Source: Chiloscyllium plagiosum | Lineage: Eukaryota | Reading direction: 5' to 3' | Length of the DNA stretch: 64,000 nucleotides | NCBI RefSeq assembly: GCF_004010195.1 | Contig: NC_057759.1 | Coordinates: 2,399,199 to 2,463,198 of the forward strand | Shown here: positions 12,811 to 25,689 of the stretch, piece after piece | How the letters are laid out: every line of letters starts with the position of its first letter | Numbering within the stretch: position 1 is the stretch's first letter | Program-made: the position numbers and the translations under genes | The notes under the pieces: generated by a model | The model's database searches: none | The model's input: only the letters and a program-made list of their open reading frames with translations | What the model was told of the DNA's origin: nothing

Positions 12811-14340
12811 CATTCGGCATTGAACTTGCTGTTTGAAGTGACTACTTTCTGCAAGTAAAATCTTAAAAGTTTCAGCAGGGCAATCATTTGTATTTGTTAC
12901 ATACCAGTTACAAAGCAAATATTCAGGCAATTCTGTTCATGCATCTTCGAATCATTATTTTGATAAGCATGGATAATGAAGTCTAATTTTCTGTGCACAT
13001 TCTTTTATTTGTTGCTTAGCACGTTATTCCAGACAATTCTTCAATACATAAACAGTTTTTAAAGATATGAAGTTTATTGTATTACACACATCCTCTTTAT
13101 TCACTATTTCAAATGTGATAATAGATCAGAGTATAGCATTTTGGTTCATATCCAAGCAGAGTTGCTACACAAAATATATTTTGAAAACTCACAGTTTATT
13201 TATGAGTTACAGATCTGCGCAAACGATAATGGATCAATGAGTGACAGAAAATGATCACCAAATTAAACACAAAGGTAATAATCATGGAAGAAGTCATAAA
13301 CGTGCTCGAATAATAAAAATGCTAGAAATGGCAATAAATGTTACTGTGAATGAACACTGCGTTCTATTTTAAACATAATCATGTCTTAACATAACTAATT
13401 CCCATTTCCTGCGTTGCATGTATTTCAGTAGCCAAAGACGAAACACGGTAGTAGTAAATCCCAATGTTCACAAGCTAATAATAACAACAAAATATGAAAA
13501 ACAGATTAACATGTTCTGATACGCATATGTGCAATGTAACCAGAAGCTTCTTCGTGGATGCAGGTGGGTCACAATAGTAAGTCAGACACCATTCTCTTCT
13601 ACACGGTGAAGAACGCAGATGTCTATGTATTAAAGCAGCCCTTGAGCACGGCAATTTGCAGTTTGCATACTGGTTAATATGACAATAATGTATACTACTA
13701 TAAATAACCAAATGTTAATGCACGCTGATCAAAATTATCCAGAGATGCGTGCACCCACAACTTCATTCTTTAATATTACTTGGATAAAGGAAGGATACTT
13801 ATTTTCATTAACAATCGCACAGAATTTCAGATCACACCCCCAATTGCATCATAAGAGACGTAAAGCCCTGTAGATGTCCTATAGTGAAGGAAGGAATCAA
13901 AGCAGTGATAGTTACGAGAAGCATGGTTAATGCATGCATGAATGCCTTCTTCTTTAATCGATATAGGTTGTTCTGAAACTCTCAGGGATTCAGTTATGAA
14001 CATCGTTTCCAGAACCTTCCCCTAACGTTTGAAACAAATCGTTCAAGATGTTGTTCAATCGAGAGATTTACATGGTCCCCATGGGGAAACAAAAACAATA
14101 GTTCAGACCTTCAATTTGAGATGCTGCAGTCCTTTACGTTTAAAAGGTTTCTACAGTTAATGGCCTGGACAGCAGTGTTATAAGTTTTCAAGCAAATCAA
14201 TGAACTTTTCAATTTAAAGGCATATTAGCTACAATGAATGATCACACTAAACTGAGCAATCAGATTGCCACTTCAAGTAAAATCTCGATGAGTTAAGATG
14301 ACTCATGAAAATAGAGACTGATGATGTATGTATTGGAAGA

Positions 14341-14665
14341 AATGGAATAGGTTTGGATTCTGGATTGCTTATATGTCCTGATAATAATCCGTTAACTGTT
14401 ACAAAGTTAAAAGATTTCAAGGGACCCAAAATACAATATGGGTGAGAGTTAAAATGGTTTTCCAATGCAGTAGAAAAGGAGGGAGAGTTTTGAGGACATC
14501 ACTTAAAGAATGACTACAGATCTAAATCTACTTTTGTTCTGATTCTGTCTGGACGACTGAAGAAACCAGATGCAGTTTTTATATCAGTGGGTAATGAGTT
14601 ATTTATCTGTACTCTCAAAGTTTCAAATACCACATGAGAAAATGCACTTAGAGTTGGTTGTGCAG
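14341..14665 (+). pseudogene. Decayed IgV-like exon (B7-H6/B7 family-like)
   Basis: Single frame with three TGA stops: ...ELKWFSNAVEKEGEF*GHHLKNDYRSKSTFVLILSGRLKKPDAVFISVGNELFICTLKVSNTT*ENALRVGCA. Ends at a phase-1 G|gtgagg donor; the 5' boundary is unclear. Confidence 0.35.
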
Positions 14666-15486
14666 GTGAGGAATTATACTGTTCAATACATCTTTAACAG
14701 AGAACAAAATGTGCAGTTCCACTGAATAATATATCACAGCTGCACACTTTGCACATTATTTGAGAAAGTCAACATTACAATTCAAGTTATCAACATTTAA
14801 GTATATCTGAATTCCAAAAGCAAAAAAAAGTTATCTGCCCGTATTTTGAATTTAAAAATTACGAAGTATAGATCTTCGAAAAATTGTACTGATCAATCTT
14901 CTTGCCAGTGGAATATTGCGTTCTGTAACTTCAAGATGATTATTGCTCCAAAAATATGTTCAGGCAGACACTCTTAATTTAGCAGACAAGAAAACAAATA
15001 AGTTTGTGTTCAAAACTTAGATTTATTCCTCTTCATTCTCCCTCTCTCTAACACGGGTTTGTCAAATTAAAAAGGCAATTGATTGACTTTGGAGTGCGGC
15101 TTTCGCTAAATTCCCTTTTTTGTCCCTCTCAATGTAGTGCAAAGTTCGTCGCACAACGCTGATACTCCAGGAGATGGGCCTTAGCCCTTCCTGTTGTTTA
15201 CTCCAGTGGTAGCACAAAATATTTGCAAATTCTGGCGTTTGCTCCCATCAATGCGCAAAACACTTCGGTTATGCCCTTATTTCCCTTGTGTTGATTTGCT
15301 TTATTGAATTTTCGTTTTTTTTTAAAAAAATACGCTGGGTTAATAAAAGACTAATGTAGGTGGACACAGGTCACCTTCATTAAAATATTGCACAAGTGCG
15401 CCAGGTTGGGATTGTCATAATCCACAACCCCCTCCCCCCGAACTGAATAGCATGCGTTTTCATCCTAAATTGGTCGCTAATTTGGA

Positions 15487-15754
15487 GACGCCGGTGTTGA
15501 ACTGGGGTGTACAAAGTTAAAAGTTGCACAACACCAGGTTATAGCCCAACAGGATTATTTGGACGAACTAGCTTTCGGAGCGCTGCTCCATCATCATATG
15601 GTTGTGGAGAATAAGATTGTAAGACACAGAAATACACTTTGTCTTACAATCTTATTCTCCACAACCACCTGATGAAGGAGCAGTGCTCTGAAAGCTACTG
15701 CTTCCAAATAAACCTGTTGGATTTTAACCTGGTGTTGTGTGATGTTTAACTTTG
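15487..15754. mobile_element. Fold-back Penelope pLTR pair
   Basis: Arms at 15512-15626 and 15640-15754; CTGATGA...GAAAGCTA core at 15669. Confidence 0.85.
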
Positions 15755-17896
15755 ATTGCTAAGTGGAATAGTCCATTTACTCCCATAATTTCTGAACGTG
15801 CCCAAAAGGACTGAGAATCTTTCTCTGCTTGAAAGCTATGACTTCAACGCTACAATTTCTCGTTGGTACTTAGGAATTGCAGCATTCAGCTCTTGTTCAG
15901 GCTGCGCATGATGCAATGCGTTAAGTTCAGCCTGGACATCATTGTCTTTGTCATCATGTTCTTCCGTATTAATTACTGACCCCTGAACCTGTCTTTGTGC
16001 TTTCTCTGCCTTCACTAAATTAACTTTGATAACTTGATATGGAAACTATATTATCCTTAGCGCCCACCTGTAATGATTAAAAAAGCACAGCTTTTAATTC
16101 TGTGATTTATTTTGGAAAATTCTTTCTTTCTGATCGTGAAGTATTTCATTTGGTGGACGTTGATCTTCTTCGAAAAGTAACCAACTGGCAGTTCAATCCC
16201 ATCCTTATGTTGCTGTTGGAGTACAGCTTCAGCTCTAATGTCACGAGCATCGACGGCGACTTCAAAATATTTTGAAAAGTTTGGTAAGACTTAAATTAGT
16301 TTGGTAGTGAATATTGATTTCAAATGGTCAAATGCCTCCTGACATTGTTCTGTCCATGGAAACGTTGAATTCTTCTTCTGCAAATCATTTAACGGTGCTA
16401 CTACACTACTAAAGTTTGGAACAAACTTCCGATAGTATCCGTTGAGTCCTAAGAATATAAGCACAATTTATCTTCGATGTTGGTCGTGGAGACTCCTCGA
16501 TTTTCTTCCTCTTTGCATTCTGAGGGGTTAAACTTCCATGACGATGTTATGGCCCAAGAGCCTCACCTCTGCTTTCGAAAATTCAATTTTATTTAAGTTT
16601 ATTACCAGTTTTGCTCACGTAGTCGTTCAGAGAACACTGCGAACTGTACCAGGTGATCTTTCTCGGACCTACTAAAGATCATTACATGGTCCACATAGAC
16701 TGAACAGTTTCTTAAACGAGCCATAACTCTGTACACGAGTCTTTGGAAAGTGGTGGTTGCATTCTTCGTTCCAAAGGGCATCACTTTAAAATGGTATAGC
16801 CCGTTTCGGGTTACAAACGCAGAATTTTGTTTCGCCATCTCTGATAAAGGTACCTGCCAGTTAGCCAAGCATTAAGTTCAACTTGATGATGTAAATGGCT
16901 TGTCCGTCTTTCTCGACACAGTCCTCCAATATAGGAATTGGATATGAGTCCGATTTTGTAACGGCACTGACCTTCCGATAATCCATGCAGAATTGTTAAG
17001 TCCCATCCGGTTTGGGAACTCAGACGATCACCCATCGCGCTGGCTTGGTTTGATGATGTCCTCGTCGAGCTTGGCCTCCATCTCCATATGGACCTGCCTA
17101 GCTTCGAAATGATGAAGCCAAAACGGGTGTTGTTTTATCAGTTCGGTATTCCCCACGTCTACTTCATATGCAATAGCATGAGTTATTCTCATCTGATTCT
17201 TTCATATCGCCTTATGCGGCAGTAACAATTTTTTTCAACTGCGTTCTATGCTCCTGAGATAGATAGCTTACTTATCTATCCCACTCCTCAAGGATTTCTT
17301 CATTTTTCAATCTCTTTTGAGGCGCATAAAAATACGTAATCATCTCGATTTGATTCCTCACTGTGGGGCAGTAACCAACAACTGATGTCCAGTTCTTTTT
17401 CTTTAGTTTAATACAGTTTCAAAATATTCACATGACATACTCGATACCTCTTTTTCTATCTGGCATCTTTACTAGATAATTCACCTGACTCAACATTTTC
17501 TCAATTTGATAGGGACCATTAAATCTGGCTTTGAAGGGATCTCCTATCACTAGTTATAGTACTAACACGTCATCCCCTCGGGAAAACATCTGAGTTCAGC
17601 GTTTTCATCAGCCATCTGCTTCCTTGTACACTGTTCCCTCTTTAGGTGCCGTTTAGCTAACTCACCAGTTCTATTTAATCTCTGCCTCACCTCCGATGCA
17701 TAATCGAAGTGTGAGATCTCCGATTGGTCCTGTCAATTTTTCTTTAAGTAATTTCAAACGGCCTCTCACATCATTACCAAATATTAGCTCAAAGTGAGTG
17801 AACTGAATAGATTTGTTTGGGGCATCTCAAATGTCAAACAATGCGAACGGGATACCTTTATTTCAATCATTCAGGTAATTGTGACAATATGCTCTC

Positions 17897-18104
17897 AGCT
17901 GAAAATGCGTTGCTGGAAAAGCGCAGCAGGTCAGGCAGCATCCAAAGAGCAGAAGAATCGACGTTTCGGGCATGAGACCTTCTTCAGGAGCTCATGCCCA
18001 AAACGTCGATTCTCCTGCTCTTTGGATGCTGCCTGACCTGCTGCGCTTTTCCAGCAACACATTTTCAGCTCTGATCTCTAGCATCTGCAGTCCTCACTTT
18101 CTCC
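17897..18104. mobile_element. Fold-back Penelope pLTR pair inside the Gmr1 integrase
   Basis: Inverted arms; TSD acaatatgctctc / acattatgctctc at 17884-17896 and 18105-18117. Confidence 0.9.
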
Positions 18105-19245
18105 ACATTATGCTCTCAACATGTACTCAAGGTCTGATGCAATCTTTCTAAAGCTCGGGAAGATACTCATTGGATTTAAAGTGCTGTGTACAATAGCTAT
18201 CCATAACCTTCTTATCGAACCTTGCAGTAAAATCTGACCCTTGGCCTGAATGAATCATTCTGGGGTAGCCTATACCATATGAAGAAAGCTACTAACTCGT
18301 CTACAACCTTCTTTGTCTTGATACTCCGGAAAAGAATTGCCTCGAGAAATCTGGTGGACACATCGATTATGGTTAACAAGTACTGGTTCCCAATTTGTTT
18401 TCTCAGGAGAGGACCTACATAATCAATTATAACCCGTGGGAAATATTTTTCAAATGCAGGAACAGAGAATAAAGGTAATGATTTTATTACCACATGTGGT
18501 TTAACTACCATTTGGTATGTCTGACACTCATGACAAAAAATAATTATATCCTTGTGCATTCCAGGGCAATAAAAACGTTTTGTACCTTTGCCTGAGTGTT
18601 TCATAACCCGACGTGACGTCCTAAAGGCAGTTCATGTGCCACCCGAAACACATGCTGACTGTATGCTCCTGACAACACAATCTGAGACACTTCGGCCCAT
18701 TTGTCACGTGCACTAACTTGCTGTGGCCTTCACTTCCGTCTTAGGATTCTACCTTTCAGATGATAACTCTACAGAATATTTTCTGCCTCATTTTCTGAGT
18801 GCACATCCACACATATATCTTTTATTGTCTTGTATTGTAGTTTGCAAATCACGTAGTCTTTCAGGACTAAACACTTGTGTCTGAACCTCTGCCTGTTCAG
18901 ATTTGTTCTCGATCATTACGTCAAACAAGATATCATCTAAAATTCAACTTTTTCATCTTTGTCTTTATTTTTCACTTTGTGATGTAACTTATGAGCGTGA
19001 GATCTGGTTACCAAAGAGTCTTGGAAAATACAAAAATATTTCTGTTTTAACCCTTAGTTTTCTTTGTCTTCCTGAGGCTTCTCCACAACAAGGGATATCA
19101 CTCCTCCCGTGGACCCGGCCAGATAATTTCGAAGAACAAACTGAATTCAGAGAACTGACATTCTGTCAATCACTCCTACTGTTACTTTCGCAGTCTTGAC
19201 TTGGCAATCAAACATGATCTTTCATAGGAGAACGCAAATTTCTAC

Positions 19246-19704
19246 GCGAAAGTGAGGACTGCAGATGCTGGAGATCAGAGTCTAGTTTACAGTGGTGTTG
19301 GAAAAGCACAGCAGGTCAGGCAGGATCCCAGAAATAGGAAAATCGATGTTTCAGGCAAAAGCACTTCATCAGGAATGAGGTAGGGAGCCTCCTCTCGCCC
19401 CACCTTGCCCAGTTCCAACCTGCCAGCTCAGCACTATCCACATGACCTGTCCTATATGCCAATCGTCCTTCCCATTTATCCGCTCCACCTCCTCTTTGAC
19501 CTATGACCTTCATCCCCACATCCATCTATTCATTGTACGTTTGGCTAACATCTCACCAGACCCACTCCCCTCCCATTAATCTCTCCACCCCAGAGACTCT
19601 ATGTCTTATTCCTGATGAAGGGCTATTGCCTGAAATGTCGATTTTCCTGCTCCTCGGATGCTGCCTGACCTGCTGTGCTTTCACAGCACCACTCAAATCG
19701 AAAC
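19246..19704. mobile_element. Penelope pLTR pair in inverted orientation
   Basis: Antisense pLTR at ~19250-19385 and sense pLTR with CTGATGA at 19612. Confidence 0.8.
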
Positions 19705-20403
19705 GATAAATTTCTGCCCATCTATCCCACAAATTGCCACACTTTCGTGTTACACATGAGGAAAAAAAGTGCACATTCGCTAATCGCTTACTATCAGAAA
19801 CTGGGTCGCCCTGAATCTCACAAAATTAAAACTTCTTGTCATTCTTCCCCTGTTCTTTTTGAGTAAACTTAACCCACAGAATCAAATTCTTTGTAGAGAT
19901 CAGATACAACCTCCATGTCCAGCCCCGCCATGGCTGTGCACTTGTCTGCAGCTCCTGGGCTTTTCTTGGATTCCCCTTTAAAACCGTCACTAATGACATT
20001 AGCTTAGCTTCTTTTACCACATCATTTCCCACACCCCTTTTCTTTAACGACCAGCACTGTGCCCTTCCGAAAATACCAGCACTGTTATTTTCTATGTCCC
20101 ACTCCATTACTGTGAAAACACCTGAAGCCTTTCACCTTCTGCCCACATGTTTAGGCTTTTTTTCTGTGGTAAAATCTTAGCAGTGCTCTCTACTTTTGGT
20201 TTGGTAGTGTAGGATCTCCCCTTCTTCCAGCTTCTATCCCTCACATGCTGAAAGTCTGGCTTGTTTTAGGCACCAACAAGTATTCATCTCCTAGGTCTGC
20301 TGCTCATCTCACTTCCTAAACTTTCTGTTCCTGTATATGAATTCTCACCAGCTCTGGAAGTGAGTTCTTAAACTCCTCCAGCAGAATAATTTCGCTGAGA
20401 GCC

Positions 20404-21351
20404 TGATGATACGAAGTTAGGTGGACATTGGCGATGATACGAAGTTAGGTGGACAGGCAGGTAGTACTGAGGAAGTGGGGAGCCTGCAGAAGGATCTAGA
20501 CAGTTTGGGAGAGTGGTCCAGGAAATGGCTGATGGAATTCAACGTGATCAAATGCGAGGTCTTGCACTTTGGCAAAAAGAATAAAAGCATAGACTACTTT
20601 CTAAACGGTGAGAAAATTCGTAAAGCCAAAGTAGAAAGGGATCTGGGAGTGCTAGTCGAGGATTCTCTAAAGGTAAACATGCAGGTTGAGTCCGTGATTA
20701 AGAAAGCAAATGCAGTGTTGTCACTTACCTCAAGAGGGTTGGAATATAAAAGCACCGTTGTGCTACTGAGACTTTATAAAGCTCTGGTTAGGCCCCATTT
20801 GGTGTACTCTGTCCAGTTTTTGTCCCCACACCTCAGGAATGACATACTGGCACTGGAACGTGTCCAGCGGAGATTCACATGGATGATCCCTGGAATGGTT
20901 GGTTTAACATACGAGGAACGGCTGAGGATCCTGGGATTGTATTCATTGGAGTTTAGAAGGTTAAGGGGAGACTTAATAGAAACTTACAAGATAATACATG
21001 GCTTGGAAAGGGTGGACGCTAGGAAATTGTTTCCGTTAGGCGAGGAGACTAGGACCCGTGGGCACAGCCTTAAAATTCGAGGGGGTCAATTCAGAACAGA
21101 AATGCGGAGGCACTTCTTCAGCCAGTGAGTGTTGGGCCTGTGAAATTCATTGCTGCGGAGTGCAGTGGAGGCCGGGACGCTAAATGTCTTCAAGGCAGAG
21201 ATTGATAGATTCTTGATGTCTCGAGGAATTAAGGGCTACGGGGAGATTGCGGGTAAGTGGAGTTGAAATGCCCATCAGCCATGATTGACTGGCGGAGTGG
21301 ACTCGATGGGTCGAATGGCCTTACTTCCACTCCTATGTCTTATGGTCTTAT
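20404..21351 (+). mobile_element. Relatively young 5'-truncated CR1/HER1 LINE inserted in the Gmr1 gag
   Basis: Open 235-aa RT C-terminus (DDTKLGG...RPHL...LERVQRRFT...RGDLIETYK) and a tatgtcttatggtcttat tail. Confidence 0.92.
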
Positions 21352-22628
21352 AGAAAGGTCATATCTGGTTTAAAAGCACACACCCAACCATCAAAATGAC
21401 TATTTTTAATTCTTTCGAACTCAACATAAGTCTGACTTGGTTCCTTCTTTGTGTTTCTGAACCGCTTTCTATATGTTCTGGTGCCAGCTCATAAGAACTT
21501 AAAATAGACTGATTAACCTCTTCATAATCTCTTGACACCTCATCCGATAATACCTCACTAACTCTGCCTCCCAGTTTAGTGTGAACTAGCATTACCCATA
21601 AATCTTTGTACAACTCCATATGCGTAGCCAATTTTTAAAATGAAGTAAAGAAGGCTTCGATATTTTGCTCATCAAAATATGGCAGAATTTTAACATATTT
21701 ATGTGTATCTGTTCTGGTTTAACCTTCAGTTGTAATTTTCATCCTGTTAACATGACTTGGCTGATTGAGTCGCAACTTCTCACGTTCAAATTTTCTCTAT
21801 TTTTGTTCAGCGAAGCACCTTTGTTCTCTCTATTCTCCTCCTCTATCTCTTCCTCTCTCTCTTTCTTCTCTCTCTCTCTTTCTTTCTACCTTCCTTGTGT
21901 CTCTCCATTTCTTCGTTCTTTCTTTGCTCCGCCAAGAACATTCTCTCTCTGTCTTTCCTCTCTCTCTTTCTCTCTTTCCCTCTGTTTAACTTCTGACTCC
22001 ATTTTATATAATTGTAATTTGAAATTTTCTACCTCTGTTGCACTTGTCGGTTTTCCTGATACACCTCAGTATTTGGGTAACTCCTTTACAATTTCAGCTT
22101 TAATTTTGTCCTTAGTTGAACACAAATCTAACGTATTTGTTAATTTTAAAAGTATGGCTTTTTTTCTTTCCTTCCTAACTTTCTTTGCAAATTTGAGAAT
22201 CATCTTCAAATCCCCGAACCTCTTTAGCAATTCTAAAAGCAACTTCTCTCATTTTGCTTTAATCAACCACACATCACTGAAAATAACCAAATTGTCTCAC
22301 CTATATTTTATTTAAAGATCTAAGACAGTAACCTGCAAGTGCTTATATCTGCTGGGATTTTTCGTACACCCAAATCTTTTCAAATCTGTCTAAACCAGTT
22401 CAAATCCTGAATGAGCCCCCAAACTCCTACGGCATGGGATTAACCCGCCTCCTTAGAGTAAACTAGTACAAAGGAAAAGATTTATCACGTGCAGTAATCT
22501 GTGGACATTCGAGTGGCCAACAAGTGTTTAAATTAAAAATTAACAATATTATTTATTAACGTATAGCAAAGAATAATTAACTAGCAACCACTCGCAACTT
22601 CTTCCTGTCATTTAACTTCCCTTAGTGT

Positions 22629-24530
22629 CATAGAGTCATAGAGTTGTACAGCATGGAAACAGACGCTTGGGCCCCAACTCGTCCATTGCAACGAGAGCTC
22701 CCAACCAATCTAGTCACACCTGCCAGCACCCAGCCCATGTCCCTCCAAACCCTTGCTATTCATAGACCCGTTCAGATGTCTTTTAAATGCTGCAATCTTA
22801 CTAGCTTCCATCACTTTCTCTGGCAGATCATTCCTTACATATACCATCCTCTGCATGAGAAAAATCCCCTTAGGTCTCTTTTATATCTTTCCCCTCTCAC
22901 CCTATATCTATGCTATCTAGTTCTGGACACCCCCACCCAGGAAAGAAAGTTTTTCTATTTATCCTATCCATGCACTTCACGATCTTATAAAGCATTATTA
23001 TGTCACTCCTTAGCCTCTGACGGTCCAAGGAAACAACCCCAGCCTGTTCATCCTCTCCCTATAGCACAAAATCCTCCACACCTGACAATATCCTTGTCGA
23101 TTTTTTCTCAACCCTTTCAAGTTTCAGACCCTCAGTCAAACAGGAAGGAGACCAGAATTACACGCAATATTCGAATGGTGACCTAATGCCCTGTACAGCT
23201 GCAACGTGACCTGCCAACGCCTGTACTCAATACTCTGCTCAATAAAGGAAAGCATACCAAACGCCTTCTTCACTAACCCATTTACCTGCATCTCCACTTT
23301 CAATGAGCTATGAATTTGCACTCCAAGTTCTCTTTGTTCAGCATCATTCCCTATGACCTTAGCATGAAGTGCATCAGTCCTGCTAAAATTTGCGTTCCCA
23401 AACTACAGCGCCTCGCATTCACCTGAATTAAACTCCACTTGCCATTTGTCAGCCCATTAGCCCATCTGATCATGATATCGTTCGATTTTAAGGCAACCGT
23501 CTTTGCTGCCCCCTACACGCCCAATTTTGATGTCATCTGCAAAAGTACTAACTGTACCTCTTATGATCACATCCAATGCATTTACGACGAAAGGTCGTGG
23601 ACCCAGCACCGATGCATATGGCAAAACCGTGGTCACAGGCCTCTAATCTGAAAAACAAACCTCCACCACCACCCTCTGTTTCCTACCTTTGAACCAGTTC
23701 TATATCCAAATGGCTAGTTCTCCCTGTGTTTCATGTGATCTAACCTTGCTAACCAGTCTCCCATGTGAACCTTGTCAAATGCCTTTCTGAAGTCCATGTA
23801 GATCACGTCCACCTCTTGGCCCTCATCAATCATCTTTGTTATATCTTCAAAAAACTCCATCATATTTGTGCGACATGAGTTCCTACGCATGTTGACTATC
23901 ATGAATTAGTCCTTGCCTTTCCAAATAAACGTACGTACTGTCCCTCAAGACTCACTCTAAAAAGCATGCTCACCACCGACGTCAGGCTCATTGCTCTCTA
24001 GTTCCCTGGCTTGTCGTTACCACACTTCTTAAACAGTGGCACCACGTTAGCCAACCTTCAGTCTTTCGGCATTTCACCTGTGACTACTGATGAAACGAAT
24101 ATCTAAACAAGGTGCCCAGCAATCAAAGCCCTCCCTTCCCACAGCGTTCTAGATTATACCTGATCAGGTCCTGGGAATGTTTCCACTTTCATATGTTTCA
24201 CGATAGCCAACATTTCCTCCTCAGCTATTTAAACATTTTTCAAGATGTAACCATCTATTTCCCTACATTCTATATCTTCCATGTCTTTTTTACAATAAAC
24301 ACTAATGCAAAATATATTTTTAGTATCTCTCCCATCTCCTGCGGCTCCACACAAAGTTGCCTTGCTGATATTTGAGGGGCCCTATTTTCTATCAAGTTAC
24401 CCTTTCGTTCTTAATGTATTTGTAAAAACTCTTTCCATTCTCCTTAACTCTATTTACCAAAGCTACCTCATGCCCGTTTTCCCTCCTGATTTCCCTATTA
24501 AGTATACTCCTACCGCCTTTACACTTTTCT
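22629..24530 (-). mobile_element. CR1/HER1 LINE (decayed) inserted in the probable Gmr1 LTR
   Basis: catagagtcatagag tail at the left end; VDVIYMDFRKAFDKV and other RT motifs on the minus strand. Confidence 0.88.
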
Positions 24531-25346
24531 ATAATAGTGGTCCCATAAACCTCTCCTCCCCACCTTCCCCTCCCCCCCCCCCCGATTAAGAATTACCAAA
24601 AATTCAAGTTTTCAAAACCACCCAGATATCAAATCTTCTCTTCATATCTTCTTAGGTCTTCTTTTCTTCTTTATAGCGATTTCTGATTCACAGTTTACAG
24701 ATCAATAAAGGTTACTTTTAAGAGAGCTATTTTACCGGCAGTCTTTTTATATGCTGTGGCTTTGCAGTTTTCCTCCCAACGTTCAATTTTCCCAGGTTTT
24801 TTGCCCCCAAGCATCGTATTGTGCCATTAGATTTTAAGATTGTTAATATACTAAATTCAAAATGGATTGGTGTTTGTTTTTTTGGGCTACAATTTAAGTT
24901 GATTGCCTAATTCAGTTATGTTATGTCTCCAGGCAACCTTTATCAGGTCTCCTCTCAACCTTCACTGCCTGGAAGAAAATAACAGAGCTTATCCAGCTTC
25001 TCTTCATCATTGAAATGCTCCATCCACGCAACATTTTGGGAAATCTCCTATACACTCTCTCCAGGACAATCGCATAGCTATTGGAAGAAGGAACAGTGCT
25101 CTGAAAGCTTGTGGTTTCACAAAACCTGTCGGACTATAATCCATTGTCATGTGATTTTTGACTTTGTCCTTCATCAAGGTTGGACACTGGCACTGCTCAC
25201 AGTGCTCGAGCTGTGTCCTCACCAATTTCCTACCCACCTACAAGACCACCTCAATGCTGTTAGAATCCAAACCAAAGATTTATTGACTGCAATGTTTTGT
25301 GTTCCAATCAGATATTGTTTCTAACTTTTGTCACATTTCTTTACAG

Positions 25347-25574
25347 TTTCTGATGAAACTCTAACTCTGGAAGCCAATTCGCAACATGCTCTGAGAGACA
25401 AGAAAATTGTCATGAACTGCCAGATCCCATCCCAGAATTTGAAATGGTGTGAGCTTTTCCAATGGTAATGGAATTTCGGGTTAATAAAGGAAAATGAAGA
25501 TTGTTCATTCGCAACAGAAAGTGCAGCGTATTCAGATGAGGCATCTTATCAAACTGAATTAAAAATTGACGTTA
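25347..25574 (+). pseudogene. Disabled Ig-domain exon (FcR D2-like), receptor gene 1
   Basis: tttctttacag acceptor, phase 1. Reads (V)SDETLTLEANSQHALRDKKIVMNCQIPSQNLKWCELFQW*WNFGLIKENEDCSFATESAAYSDEASYQTELKIDV. In-frame TAA at 25466-25468, second Cys missing after DxxxY, donor reads ggaagt instead of gtaagt. Confidence 0.6.
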
Positions 25575-25689
25575 GGAAGTCAGTTTTGAACCAGCTAAGC
25601 CTCACAGTATCAGGTTTGTCATTCCTTTGTCTAGTTAGTGCTATTGAATATATTGATGACTCTATACCGCCTCTTTGTAATCTGATTTG

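Larger units (their letters stand above)
15427..24935 (-). mobile_element. Decayed Gmr1-type Ty3/Gypsy LTR retrotransposon (Gag/SCAN-INT-RT-RH order), with nested insertions
   Basis: tRNA-Pro PBS TGGGGGCTCATTCAGGAT (22404-22421). SCAN-like gag (YELAPE; EIILLEEFKNSLPE at ~20350-20400). Integrase (IIDYVGPL, YLLTIIDVSTRF in 18212-18604; RFNGPYQI at ~17510). RT (MPFG..NA..TFQRL, YVDH in 16602-16868). RNase H (VAVDA..GYFSKK at ~16150-16270). PPT at ~15428-15440. Probable 5' LTR at ~22424-22628 plus ~24531-24935. Confidence 0.85.

Noticed and set aside
15219..15230. Octamer-like ATTTGCAA
   Set aside because: Imperfect match, no adjacent leader or V segment, and no RSS recognised; no support for an Ig/TCR locus.
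21665..22315. 216-aa plus-strand ORF
   Set aside because: Antisense shadow of the low-complexity (GA-rich) Gmr1 gag.
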